Source of the DNA: an uncultured Planctomycetaceae bacterium
GTDB lineage: Bacteria > Planctomycetota > Planctomycetia > Planctomycetales > Planctomycetaceae
Length of the DNA stretch: 64,000 nt
NCBI GenBank assembly: GCA_963976765.1
Contig: CAXBME010000011.1
Coordinates: forward strand, 1-64,000
Direction: 5' to 3'
Shown: positions 48,408 through 59,500 of the stretch, one piece after another
How the letters are laid out: each line of letters begins with the position of its first letter
Position numbering within the stretch: the first letter of the stretch is position 1
Position numbers and translations under genes: made by a program
Notes under the pieces: model-generated
Database searches by the model: none
Seen by the model: only the letters and a program-made list of their open reading frames with translations
What the model was told of the DNA's origin: nothing

Positions 48408-50150
48408 ATGAGCACACAGCTCGGTCGACTTCGCTCAGATCTCATTCGGCTCCGCAATACTCAACAGACGATTCGCGGAATCAGCGGGCTGTCCCTGCTG
48501 CTTCAGTCGGCTCTGCTGATTCTGGTCGGCGGATTTCTGCTGGACTGGTTGCTAGACATGTCGATGGCTCAGCGCTGCATCCTGCTGACGTTGATGGCTG
48601 TTGTTCTTTCGTGGTCCTTCCACCGTTTTGTGAAGCCGTGGTTCGGACAGAACGAAGACCTCATTGAATTGGCGCTGGACGTCGAACAGCGCCACGGCCT
48701 GGACAATGATCTCGTTTCCGCACTTCAGTTCGAACGGCCTGAAGCAGCAAGCTGGGGTTCGACACAACTTGAATCAGCGGTCATCACGCAGGTCGCTGAG
48801 CTGGCGCCTCAGTTGAAAGTCTTCGACGGAATCTCGTTCGCCGAATTCAAACGCCGCATGATCATTCTGGCAGTGACAGTTGCACTGCCGACAATCGCCA
48901 GCGGATTTTTCCCCGGTTACTTCTACGCCTACCTGAACCGCATGCTGCTGGGATCTGCTCAGTATCCGACCGCGGCGCAAATTGTTGAAGTCGTCGTCAA
49001 TGGCCAGACAGTGATCAACGAGAATGGGCAAGTCACCGCCGAACTCACAAGTCCGTTCGGACACCCGCTCAGTTTTCAGGTGCGTCTCGCAGGCGAGACG
49101 GCATCACTAACCACGCGCGGTATCCATGTGCAGAGTCTGGACGGTGCCGTCTCAACCGAGGTCCGACTGTCACCAAACGACGCCACAGATCGTGAAGCCG
49201 CCGGCGGTGACGCTCCAACTTCGGACATTCTTCCGGACACTCCTTCAGTGCTCGCTGGCGAGCTGCCGCGGCTGATGGATTCCGTCACGATCCAGGTTTT
49301 CGCTGGCGACGCTCGATCATCGAAAATCACGGTTCACGCCACGCCGTTGCCAGTCGTCGAGCCCGAACTTTCCGTCACGCCGCCGGAGTACGTTCGCGCG
49401 GTGATCGGACGTCCTGACGCTTCTGAATCGAAACTTGCTCTTTCTGTCGTAGAAGGTTCTCGAATTGACCTTACCGTACGAAGCCTGAATAAGCCGCTCG
49501 AAATGGTTGAGCTGACAATTGGCGAGAGCAACTACCGCCTCACCCCCAAAGACACAGAAAAGCGTGAATGGACACTGGATGTTTCCGGTACCGAATTCCG
49601 GAATGTGTCCGAAACACTCCGCTACCAGATCCAGGCAACCGACGCACAGGGCCTGCAACTCGAAAATCCGATTCATGGAACCATCCGACTGAGAACCGAC
49701 CAACCACCGCGTCTCGCCATTTCAGCCCGCACGCGAGCCGTCGTCGCGACTGCTCAGCCGCCAATCACCTGGTCGGCATCTGACGACTTCGGCCTTTCGC
49801 GAGTCTTCGCCCGCATTCAAGTGGCGCGTGCTGACGGCGACATTTCGGAAACGGAAGTCGAAGTCGCCGCCAGTCCCGACAGCGGTGCACCTCAGACATC
49901 ATTGCGTGGCACACACCCTCTCGACCTTTCATCACTGAAACTGGTAAAAGGCGACGAACTGAAAGTCACCTTTGCCGCGTACGATTACCGAGGCGACGCG
50001 GAACCGGCCATCAGCTACAGCGAACCAATCCAGCTTCAACTGACCGACCGGCAGGGCATCCTGTCCGGGCTGCTGGAAACTGACGAAGAATCCGCCCGAC
50101 AACTCGACGCCATCATCCGGCGCGAGCTGGGCATTGGAGATTCCAAATGA
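48408..50150 (+). CDS. membrane-anchored protein with Ig-like beta-rich domains (resembles the N-terminal part of DUF4175-like proteins)
   Basis: Three N-terminal TM helices, 'VEQRHGLDNDLVSALQF', 'TPPEY', 'DQPPRL', 'ASDDFGL'. ATGA overlap with the next gene. Confidence 0.7.
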   Translation: MSTQLGRLRSDLIRLRNTQQTIRGISGLSLLLQSALLILVGGFLLDWLLDMSMAQRCILLTLMAVVLSWSFHRFVKPWFGQNEDLIELALDVEQRHGLDNDLVSALQFERPEAASWGSTQLESAVITQVAELAPQLKVFDGISFAEFKRRMIILAVTVALPTIASGFFPGYFYAYLNRMLLGSAQYPTAAQIVEVVVNGQTVINENGQVTAELTSPFGHPLSFQVRLAGETASLTTRGIHVQSLDGAVSTEVRLSPNDATDREAAGGDAPTSDILPDTPSVLAGELPRLMDSVTIQVFAGDARSSKITVHATPLPVVEPELSVTPPEYVRAVIGRPDASESKLALSVVEGSRIDLTVRSLNKPLEMVELTIGESNYRLTPKDTEKREWTLDVSGTEFRNVSETLRYQIQATDAQGLQLENPIHGTIRLRTDQPPRLAISARTRAVVATAQPPITWSASDDFGLSRVFARIQVARADGDISETEVEVAASPDSGAPQTSLRGTHPLDLSSLKLVKGDELKVTFAAYDYRGDAEPAISYSEPIQLQLTDRQGILSGLLETDEESARQLDAIIRRELGIGDSK

Positions 50151-53100
50151 CACAACGACTTTCAACGACGCAAGACGGTAGCGGTCACTCAGTACGGCCC
50201 GTTGGCTGTCGAATCCTCATCGTCATCCTGACAGCCTTTCTTCTGACCACCGCGAGCGTTCCCGAGTCAGCCACGGCCGTCGACAAGCTCGCTCTGCGTC
50301 GCAAGCAGATCGATCAGCAACGCGCCCGGGCGATGGCGCAGAAACTCGTCTCCAGCGCTGTCGACCTGCAGATTCACCAGCTCGAAGACAACGGCCTGAC
50401 CGAGCTGCCAATCTACAAAGAAATCACATCGATGCGCGGCAGCATCGGCGAACTCGTTGAAACGGAAATGGCCGACGTTGTTGAGATACTGCTCGACGCT
50501 CAGCACCTTGATTCTGCGGCGGATCGAGAAGCGAAGTTCGTCGCTGCTCGCAGCACAATTCGCGAGATCGTCATCCGGCTGGCGGTCGAACGTCACAACC
50601 TGTTGCGCCGCCTTCGCAATGCAGAAATTGCCGAGCAGATCAAACGGCTCATCCGCCTCGAAACGGAAACGATGACTGTGACAAAGGGCCTGCCGGAAGA
50701 GTCACAGACCCGCCGCGAGCAACTCGCCGTCCGAGCGATCGAAGACCAGCGCGACATCAAAGAGCTGTTTCTGCATCTGGTCGAAACACTGGCCGATGTC
50801 AGTTCGTGGGACGGCGCCATCGGCCAGGGCGCGACGAAAGGGCTGATCATTCTGAAACGAGAAGAAGTCGGTCTGCATCTTGACCGGTCCGGCGCTGAAC
50901 TCGTCGCCGCGAGATTCGCGTCCTCGGCCGTTGAGCAGGCTCAGGTCGTTGCCGGACTGAAAAAGCTGCTCGACGAGGTTCTCCATACCCAGGGGCTGAT
51001 CAGCTCAGACTCGGAATCAATCTTCGCCCGAATCGAAGAACTGGCCAGCAGGCAAAGTGAGATCCGCGCGAAAGTTCAGAACGCGGACCTGTCCAACACC
51101 GACGAGTCCACCGCACTGACCACCGAGCAGGACGCCATCAAAGCAGAACTCGAAGAGCTGGCGGAAGTCGTCGCCGACAATCCTCAGGCAGCAAAGCACG
51201 TGGAAGAAGCCATCGAAGCCGCTGCCCAGGCTTCCGAGCAGATTTTCTCGGAAGCGTCTGAGCAGGCTATCAACTCGCAGCGGCTCGTCGAAGGACATCT
51301 CGCGGCTTTGCAGGACAAACTTCAGCAGGAAATTCAAACGCAACTCGGCGACAAAACAGCTGCCGAACTGGCCGAAACCGTCAAAAGCCTCGAAGCGACA
51401 AAGGCCGAACTCGAACAGGCCATGCAGTCGCAGCAGCAGGCCGATCAGAACTCCGCGACCGCCCCAAAGAAAGTCGCTCAGCAGGAAGAAGCCGTCAAGG
51501 TTGCTCTCACGGAAGCCGCCAAAGCCGCCGACAGTCGTCAGCTGCCGGAAGAACTCACCGCGACAATCACCGCTGCCGAAGACGCGGTCGCTAAAGCTGT
51601 CGAAGCCGCAAAGCAAGCGGCAAAAACAGACAACCCGGACAGCGAAAGAGATCAGGCCGCCGCTGAAGAAGCAACGAAGAATGCTTCCGACGCCGTCGAA
51701 CGAGCCTTGGCGAGCACTCAGGAATCGCTGGCCGAAGCTCAGCGCATGGAGGCGGCGGTTAAAATTGGAGAACTCGCTCGCGCCGCCGAAGCACTCGAAC
51801 GCGCAGCCGCTGCCGAACGAAAAATCGCGGAGACCGCAAAGGACGTCGCGGCTGGTGCTCCCGTCGATCCTGAATCGGCCAAAGAACTGACCGAGGAACA
51901 GGCAACCGTTCAGGACGTCGCCGAGCGAATCGCCGAAGGAGTGAAAGAGACAGCTCCGAAAGTTTCTGAAGCTCTTAAGCAAACCGCCGCAAAGGCCCAA
52001 TCCGCGAAGACACCGCTGGAGAAAGTCGCGTCAGCCGCGCAGGACGCGGCCACCGCGAAGGCAGCCACAGAAGCAGCAAAGGCGGACAACAACGAAGAGG
52101 CGATGGCTCAAGCCAAGAAGGCAGGCAACGAAGCCCGCAATGCAGCCGCCGAGTCAGCAAAGCAGGCTGCTCAAAGTGCAGGCGAAGCCGCCAGCGAACT
52201 CGCATCCGCCGCTCGAGAACTTCGGAACGAAATCGCCGAGACTGCAAAGCAACTCGCCCAGCTCTCAGAAAAGCAGCTCGCCCAGGTTAAGGATGCTCAG
52301 GCAGCCGTTGACGATACTATCAGGCAGACCGAAAAGTCGGTCGCCGATCGTCTTCAGAAACTCGCTCAGGCACGCAACGAAGTGGCCAAAGCGTTTACTG
52401 AACAGCAGCGAGCGGAAGGCCGTCCAGAAGCAGCCAATGCGATGGAGCTGGCGCAGAAAATCGCCGAGGCGCTGGCCATGCAGAATTCGGCAGACAATGC
52501 CGCTGACGATGTCGAGTCCGGTGCGGCGGCGACTCCGCTTGAAGCAGCCACCAGACAACTCGGCGTCTCCGACCTTGCTCAACAGATCGGAAAAGAAGCC
52601 ACCGAGCGACCACAGGCAAAAGCAGCTCAGGAAGAAAACAAACCTGACGCATTAGCCAACGCGTTGCGACAGGCTCAACAGGCCGGCGCGGAAGCTGCTC
52701 GAAAGGCTCTGGACGGAGACTCGAAAGCGGCAGAAGCAGCGCGCGACCAGACGCGCGAGGCTTTGACCGAAGCACTTAACGCGGCTGTCGCCGAAGCCGA
52801 CCAGCTGGCGATGGAAGAACCAACCGGCAAGCCCGACGCCAGGGCTCAGCAGGATGTCGCCACAAAAGCAAAGGCCGCCGGAGACCTGGCTCAGGAAGAT
52901 GCCGCAAACGCCGCCGCAGCACTCACCGACGCCGCAGCCGCCGCTGATCAAGCAGTGAAAGAAATCGGCGAAGGCTTGCCGGAAATGACAAAGACTTCAC
53001 AAAAGAAAGCCACCGACGCACTGACTGAAGCCGCGAAGACCATTGATGAAGCGGCCAGAAATCTGGCTGGCGAGCAGGCAACGGAACTGGCTGCCGTCTC

Positions 53101-54583
53101 GGAGAAGGCAAACACGGCTGCCGGGAAGTCAGCTCAAGTCGATGCCAGCGCGGCGGCGGCAATTCGAGAAGCTCAGCAGGCCGCCAACAAAGCTGCCGAA
53201 GCGGCGCAGGCAGCGAACGAAGCCAAACCGGAAGCCAGCGGCGAAGAAACTTCGGCCAAAGACTCACCCCGGACACCGCGACCAGAACTGGACGCCGTCG
53301 CCGCTGATCAGGAGATTGCCGAGAATCTTGAACGAGCAGCAGCCGACCTCGCCGCCAAGGCTCAGCAACTGGGACGCGAACAGGCACTGGCACTGGCTCT
53401 CGCCGAGCTTTCGAAATCGCAGCAGGAATCCGTCGAGCAGCTCGCGGATGCCAGAAACTCGCTCAAGGACGCCGACAAGCCAAAGCGTACCGACCCAAAT
53501 TCAGAAGATGCTCCCGGAACCGCCCCGGCGGCTGACCAGGCGTCGGAGGAAATGACACCCGCCCAGGGAAGTGCCGCGAAGAAACTTGCTCAGGCTATGA
53601 AGCAGTTTTCGGACTCGCAACGCCTGACGGGTGAAGGCGCCGTGGAATTATCAGGACAGGAAGAAGTCGCCAATCTGCCGATTCGAGAAGCTCTGGATCT
53701 TGCCTCGGAGCTTTTGAAATCATCGAAGCCGCCGCTGCCGGTGCCACCGAACAGTCAGCCGCAGGAACTTGCCGCGCTCGATTCGGCGAATCAGCCGCCG
53801 CAGACTTCACCGATTCCGCCTGTTTCCTCTGAAGGTTCGAAGCCTGCTCCTGCAGAATCCGCGACTGCTGACGGAAACGCTGCCGATGGAGACGCCTCCA
53901 CCCCGGAGGCCCCTTCAGCTCCGACGGACCAGTCAGGCAATCCACAACCGGGAGACCAGGCCAATGGCCAGCCTCAACCCGGCCAGCCGGGCAGCCAGAA
54001 TCCGGGCCAGCAACCGCCCGGCAGTGCCCAGCAAGGCCAGCCACAGTCGGCCCAGCTGGGAACAGGTTTCGTGCCCGACTCCCCGGAAGCGACTGCCAGG
54101 CTGATGGCTGATCCGGAACTGCTGGCTCAGCTTGCCGAGCTGATGGAAGCGGCAATGGCCGAAGCGGCTCAGAACCAGGACGCGGCAGCAGCGGCTCAGA
54201 CCGCAGCCACCGAAGCTGGTCAGCCAGCAGCCGCAGAGCCACCTTCGGGGCAACCGCCGAGCACCGTTCAGCCTCCACAAAACGCTCAGGCTTCGCAGAA
54301 GTCGGAAGGAGGCGGAGCATCTGATGTTGGCTTGCCCACCGAGAATCAGGCCACCAAAGACGATCCGCTGAACCTTGTTGATACCGCAACTCCCTCGAAA
54401 GACGGTCGGACTCCGACGTCGAGCGACAGGACTCGCCAGATCGACACCCGGCAATTCCGACAGGCAGCGTGGTTCGCCAAACTCCCCGCCGAACTGCGAA
54501 ATGCGATTCTCGCTGGCAGCCAGCGTCGAGCACCTCGCGCATACGAAGATCGCCTCAGACGATATTTCGAAAGCCTGGAATAG
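50147..54583 (+). CDS. very large exported Ala/Glu/Gln-rich coiled-coil protein
   Basis: 1478 aa, signal/TM segment, long helical body, Q/P/G-rich segment, terminal 'WFAKLP..LR...P.AYEDRLRRYFESL'. Confidence 0.8.
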   Translation: MTQRLSTTQDGSGHSVRPVGCRILIVILTAFLLTTASVPESATAVDKLALRRKQIDQQRARAMAQKLVSSAVDLQIHQLEDNGLTELPIYKEITSMRGSIGELVETEMADVVEILLDAQHLDSAADREAKFVAARSTIREIVIRLAVERHNLLRRLRNAEIAEQIKRLIRLETETMTVTKGLPEESQTRREQLAVRAIEDQRDIKELFLHLVETLADVSSWDGAIGQGATKGLIILKREEVGLHLDRSGAELVAARFASSAVEQAQVVAGLKKLLDEVLHTQGLISSDSESIFARIEELASRQSEIRAKVQNADLSNTDESTALTTEQDAIKAELEELAEVVADNPQAAKHVEEAIEAAAQASEQIFSEASEQAINSQRLVEGHLAALQDKLQQEIQTQLGDKTAAELAETVKSLEATKAELEQAMQSQQQADQNSATAPKKVAQQEEAVKVALTEAAKAADSRQLPEELTATITAAEDAVAKAVEAAKQAAKTDNPDSERDQAAAEEATKNASDAVERALASTQESLAEAQRMEAAVKIGELARAAEALERAAAAERKIAETAKDVAAGAPVDPESAKELTEEQATVQDVAERIAEGVKETAPKVSEALKQTAAKAQSAKTPLEKVASAAQDAATAKAATEAAKADNNEEAMAQAKKAGNEARNAAAESAKQAAQSAGEAASELASAARELRNEIAETAKQLAQLSEKQLAQVKDAQAAVDDTIRQTEKSVADRLQKLAQARNEVAKAFTEQQRAEGRPEAANAMELAQKIAEALAMQNSADNAADDVESGAAATPLEAATRQLGVSDLAQQIGKEATERPQAKAAQEENKPDALANALRQAQQAGAEAARKALDGDSKAAEAARDQTREALTEALNAAVAEADQLAMEEPTGKPDARAQQDVATKAKAAGDLAQEDAANAAAALTDAAAAADQAVKEIGEGLPEMTKTSQKKATDALTEAAKTIDEAARNLAGEQATELAAVSEKANTAAGKSAQVDASAAAAIREAQQAANKAAEAAQAANEAKPEASGEETSAKDSPRTPRPELDAVAADQEIAENLERAAADLAAKAQQLGREQALALALAELSKSQQESVEQLADARNSLKDADKPKRTDPNSEDAPGTAPAADQASEEMTPAQGSAAKKLAQAMKQFSDSQRLTGEGAVELSGQEEVANLPIREALDLASELLKSSKPPLPVPPNSQPQELAALDSANQPPQTSPIPPVSSEGSKPAPAESATADGNAADGDASTPEAPSAPTDQSGNPQPGDQANGQPQPGQPGSQNPGQQPPGSAQQGQPQSAQLGTGFVPDSPEATARLMADPELLAQLAELMEAAMAEAAQNQDAAAAAQTAATEAGQPAAAEPPSGQPPSTVQPPQNAQASQKSEGGGASDVGLPTENQATKDDPLNLVDTATPSKDGRTPTSSDRTRQIDTRQFRQAAWFAKLPAELRNAILAGSQRRAPRAYEDRLRRYFESLE

Positions 54584-54671
54584 TATTCCCGTTCCAAAGG
54601 GACTGGAGCACTGCCGTTCGGCTTCCATTCGACGGACACCGACTGGCAGCCGGTAATAAAGACGTGCTTTA

Positions 54672-55511
54672 TTAAACGAACACTTCAATCGAAGAATCGG
54701 ACGGAGTCACCAGACCAATTGACCTGGCCCGCTCCGACAGTTCCCGCAGTGCGTTTTCGCCCGTATCGCCCAGGTCGGTCGTCCACTCGTTCACGTACAG
54801 ATCGACGTGTTTCATCAGAACATCGTCGTCAAACTCCTGAGCATACTTTCTCATCGTGGGCAACGCAGCGTCGCGGTCGGCCAGCGCAAACTCCAGGGAG
54901 TCGCGAATCACACCTTGAATTTTCGCGATGAGTTCGTCGGGCAGACTGCGCCTTGCAACGATTCCTCCGAGCGGCAACGGGCACTTCGTTTCGGTTTCCC
55001 AACGTGTCCCCAGATCCTCGACCAGCCCGAGACCCTGTTCCTGCCACGTGAATCGCCCTTCGTGAATGCAGACTCCAAAGTCTGCTTCCTTTCGCTGAAG
55101 CTTCGGCATAATTTCGGAGAAGACGACGTGTTCGACTGTGGCGGTCTCTGGGTAAAACAATGAATTGAGCAAGGACGCCGTCGTGTGTTTTCCCGGACAA
55201 AGCGTTTTCTGACTGCTGTCAGCCGGTATCGCCCCCGGCTTCGAAGAGAGCAGTAACGGCCCTACGCCGAACCCCAAAGCTGAGCCACTCGGCAGGACAA
55301 CCGTTTCATTAGCCAGCAGCAGAGCTGCGTGAAAACTTGACTTCGCGGCGTCGAAATCGCCAGCGAAAAGGCGATCATTTAACTGCTGAATGTCGATCAG
55401 TTCGACCCTGAAATCGAGTCCTCGCCAATCGACGCTCTGCGTCATCAGTCCGTGAAAGGTGAACGTGTCATTGGGGCAGGTTGAAATGCCCAGGTGGATT
55501 TTCTGGCTCAA
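54672..55511 (-). CDS. mqnD: 1,4-dihydroxy-6-naphthoate synthase (futalosine menaquinone pathway)
   Basis: 'STCPNDTFTF', 'DIQQLN', 'GSALGFGVGPLL', 'IHEGRFT', 'PLPLGGI', 'HVDLYVN'. Confidence 0.93.
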   Translation of the reverse strand: MSQKIHLGISTCPNDTFTFHGLMTQSVDWRGLDFRVELIDIQQLNDRLFAGDFDAAKSSFHAALLLANETVVLPSGSALGFGVGPLLLSSKPGAIPADSSQKTLCPGKHTTASLLNSLFYPETATVEHVVFSEIMPKLQRKEADFGVCIHEGRFTWQEQGLGLVEDLGTRWETETKCPLPLGGIVARRSLPDELIAKIQGVIRDSLEFALADRDAALPTMRKYAQEFDDDVLMKHVDLYVNEWTTDLGDTGENALRELSERARSIGLVTPSDSSIEVFV

Positions 55512-55634
55512 GACAGTGGCTCGTTGATGCAGAGTGAATAGTGAGTCGCGGCCTGGCCTGAGTCATCTCGCGAGCAAAGCGGCGAAGTGATTTTGAGGTT
55601 GTTCAATCGAAACTCGTCCGTACTTTCGAAGTCT

Positions 55635-55678
55635 CACACAAAGACGCGAAGCCGCAAAGATCCTTGCGTCTTCGCGTG
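55635..55678. repeat. tandem-unit palindrome (CGCAAAGA-like 8-bp units) between mqnB and mqnD
   Basis: CACAAAGA-CGCGAAGC-CGCAAAGA then TCCTTGCGTCTTCGCGTG. ACGCGAAGcCGCAA pairs with TTGCGtCTTCGCGT. Confidence 0.6.
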
Positions 55679-55726
55679 AACATTCCCGCTGTGGGCATGA
55701 CTGTGTTTTTTGCAACTACGGGCTTC

Positions 55727-56413
55727 TTAGCTTGCAGCACCGCTGTCTGCAATCAGTCTGAGTACAAGCTCCGCAGCATTCTCCAGCGACTCTTTGATCT
55801 TCCATTGAGACAACCGTCGGTCGCCCGCCTCGTTGGAAATACCGCGCACCACCTGAACCGGGACGTTCAGCAGCGAGGCCGCCATCGCCACACCAAACGC
55901 TTCCATATCCTCTGCGACGGCGTTCGGAAAATGGCGGGACTTCAACGCAACGTCCTCGGGGCATCCAGACGCGGAGCAACAAGTGAGAAGCTGCCGTTTC
56001 CGAGGCTCTTCGGAGTCTCCCTCAATTCGTGTACGCAGCAGCGGCAGTTTGTCTCCGATAACCAAGCGAGGTTCGGCAACATCGTCTCCCGGATCCCACT
56101 GTTTCCAGCCGAGGTCCGAGGCACTCTGAAAGTCCTGACCGCTGCCCGCGCCGATTCCACAACAGGCAACTTCGTTAAAAGTTGTCGCAGAGCCCACCGA
56201 CAACGAAGAACCGATTGCTCCGGCGATTCCGACCAGAATGATTCGGGCGGGCCTGTGTTCAGCAACGAGTTGGCTTGTCCGGGCGGCAGCCGAAACCGGA
56301 CCGAAACCACACAGTTGCAGCGTGCCACCTGCTTCCTGAACAGACGGTCGCAGAAGCGGTCCAAGAAATGACTGCTCTGTTGGAGTCGGGACGAGAATCA
56401 GGAGTTCGGTCAT
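55727..56413 (-). CDS. mqnB: futalosine hydrolase (nucleoside phosphorylase fold)
   Basis: 'CGFGPVSAAA', 'LVGIAGA', 'AEDMEAFGVA', 'VRGISNEAGDR..SQW'. Adjacent to mqnD. Confidence 0.85.
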   Translation of the reverse strand: MTELLILVPTPTEQSFLGPLLRPSVQEAGGTLQLCGFGPVSAAARTSQLVAEHRPARIILVGIAGAIGSSLSVGSATTFNEVACCGIGAGSGQDFQSASDLGWKQWDPGDDVAEPRLVIGDKLPLLRTRIEGDSEEPRKRQLLTCCSASGCPEDVALKSRHFPNAVAEDMEAFGVAMAASLLNVPVQVVRGISNEAGDRRLSQWKIKESLENAAELVLRLIADSGAAS

Positions 56414-56554
56414 GAGTCTGACGATGCGATCAGTGAATGAGTTGGTTTGTGAACTCCCTGCGTCTCGCGAAACGGGAGACGGCTGAGCATAATACTCCCC
56501 TGATCATTCCAGGGAAGTCGGCCCGTTCGTCGACCAGTCAGATGAGGGCAAGCG

Positions 56555-59500
56555 GTGACGTTGTTTCGAAGCTCACTGATTATTCAACTGGCAGCCTTCG
56601 TCGCTTTGTCGGCACCGTGGGACGAAGTAGCCCGCGCAGCACCGCTCGATTTCGAATCGCAGATTCGTCCGTTGCTCGTTCGGCGCTGCGGCGACTGTCA
56701 CGGAGCGAGCGAACAGAACAGCGGCCTGCGTCTTGATGCCAGACAGGCGGCATTCAAAGGCGGTGACGGTGGCCCCGTCATTGTCCCCGGCAAGTCTGGC
56801 GAGAGTGAACTCTTGCGCCGCGTTACGACGAACGATCTGGACGAGCGAATGCCTCCGGACGGAACAGCGCTCACGGACACCGAAATTGACCTGCTGCGTC
56901 GCTGGATCGATTCCGGAGCGGAATGGCCAGAGACCGACTACGACCGCCAGGCAGCTCGCGACCGCCGACTCGAACACTGGGCGTTCCAGCCCCTGCTGAA
57001 GTTTCCCGAATCAGTGACGAACCTGGATAAGCGACAACTCAACGTCAGGGCCGAAAAGATCGACCATTTTGTCGCCGCTAAACTCACTGAACATCGCCTG
57101 AAACCATCACCAGCAGCAGACCGACGGACACTGATTCGTCGACTGTACTTTGACTTGATCGGACTGCCGCCTTCTCCCGAAGAGGTATCAAAGTTTGTCG
57201 TGGAAGAAGATCCCGCAGCGTTCGAGCAGCTCGTCGAGAACCTTCTGCAAAGCCCGCGCTACGGCGAACGCTGGGCTCAGCACTGGCTCGATGTCGTTCG
57301 TTATGCGGACACGCACGGATTCGAAGTCAACACCCCTCGCGAGAATGCCTGGCCGTATCGTGACTATGTGATTCGAGCTTTCAACGAGGACAAACCATAC
57401 GATCAGTTCATCCGGGAACAATTGGCTGGAGACGCTTATCAGGAAGACGCCGCAACCGGCTTTCTCGTCGCCGCCGCCGTTCTGCTGCCTGGCCAGATCG
57501 GTAAGGACGAAGAATCAAAGCGGCTGGCTCGCCAGGACTCCCTTGACGAGATCATCGTTGGCACAAGCGCGACGTTTCTTGGCCTGACGATCGGTTGTGC
57601 CCGCTGCCACGACCACAAATTCGACCCGATCACGGCCCGCGACTATTACGCGTTGCAGGCGTTTTTCTCCGGAGTAAGGTACGGCGATCGTCCCATTCGA
57701 GATGCAGCTCAGAAGGAGCGGCTGGCGGCGGCCGTCAAGCTGGATGAGCGGATCAAAAACCTCGAAACGAAGCTGCTTGATTTTGAGCCTCGAACCTTCA
57801 CCGGTCGAACTCTCATCATTGACGAAGGTGACAGGGATCGAGTGACTTTCCTGAAGCCCCCCAACGGCCCTGGAAGTAATCCAGCCGGACCAGCTCGAGG
57901 TCACCGCGACGATACTGGTTCTTCAGTTCGAGTCGGGAATATCAGCAAGGGGCAGTACACCTGGTGGAATAACACGCCCGGTCAGGACGTGCTGACCTAT
58001 TCTCCGAATGTTTCCGGGCAGTTTCACCTTTGGCTTTCCTGGGGGGCTCACGGTAGCGGTGTTCACACGCGTGATGCCCGGTACGTTCTTGACAATGACG
58101 GCGACCTGACAACCACCGGCGATCAGCGCGAAGTCGCGAATATCGACCAGTACTACCAGGCCGGAGTGACTGAAGGCACAACTGAAAAGAAGCCGCTCTG
58201 GAGCGGGCTTTCGTATGCCGGGACGGTCCTGCTGAATGAACCATCGAAACTGATCGTCCGCGGCGGCGAGACAGGAACCGGCATCACCGCCGACGTGATC
58301 GTGCTGCAGGAACTCAGTGCTAAAGAATCCGGCGAAACTTCACGGACGACAAACGATGAATCTCACCCGGTCGCGGACGCGCTTCCTCAACTGCGGGGAC
58401 CGGTGAACGCTCAACGCAACACAGAGCATTTTCTACCCGTTTCGGCAAAGTTTCTCAGATTCACAACATTTTCAACAATCGACAATAACAAGCACGAACC
58501 TTGTATCGACGAGCTGGAAGTTTACGAGTCATCAGAATCTGCCCGGAACATTGCTCTGGCTTCGCTGGAAACCGTCGCCACGTCGTCGGGTAACTATTCC
58601 GAAACCGGCAAGCACCAACTGAAACACGTTAACGATGGGAAGTACAGCAACGATCGAAGCTGGATCTCGAACAAGCACGGCGGTGGATGGGTTCAACTGG
58701 AATTTCCAGCATTAACGAAAATTGATCGCGTTGTCTGGGGCCGTGATCGAACCGGTCGATTCAAAGATCGGCTTCCGACCGAATACCGCATCGAGACTTC
58801 GGCCAACGGCACTGAATGGACAACCGTCGCGCAACACAATGACCGAGTCCCTCTGGGAACCCCCTTCGATCCGAATCGGACGCTGTTGCAGAACCGAACG
58901 CTTGAAGGTAAGGGCGATCCGGCGACGATCCTGGCAGAACTGGAGAAACTGACAAAGCAGAAGACCGAACTGGAATCCGTCCAGACCGTTTACGGAGGGC
59001 AATTCGCCCCCCCCGAGCAGACATACATTTTGCGACGCGGCGACCCGGAACAGCGTGTGACGGAGGTCACACCCGCAGTGCCTGCCATCTTTAACGAAAC
59101 AGCAATCTCTGCAGAAACACCGGAGCAGGAACGACGGATCCGACTCGCCGAATGGATTGCCTCGGCAGACAACCCACTCACCGCTCGCGTTATGGTCAAT
59201 CGAATCTGGCAGAACCACTTTGGGCGAGGCCTTGTCGCAACCCCCAGCGACTTCGGACTCAACGGCACCCGCCCTTCACATCCGAAACTGCTGGACTGGC
59301 TCGCGCACGAATTCATCGCCAGCGGCTGGTCCGTCAAGCACATTCATCGGTTGATCCTGCTGTCTCACACGTGGCAACAATCCAGCTTCGTCGAACCACA
59401 CTCCGCAACGATTGACGGTGATAACAAATGGCTGTGGCGATTCTCATCGCGCCGACTGGAAGGTGAGGCCATCCGCGACAGCATGTTGCTGGTGACCGGC

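Noticed and set aside
41264..54688. Long antisense ORFs (e.g. 41264-42115, 51017-52000, 53595-54542)
   Set aside because: Expected shadows of GC-rich, repetitive coding sequence on the other strand.
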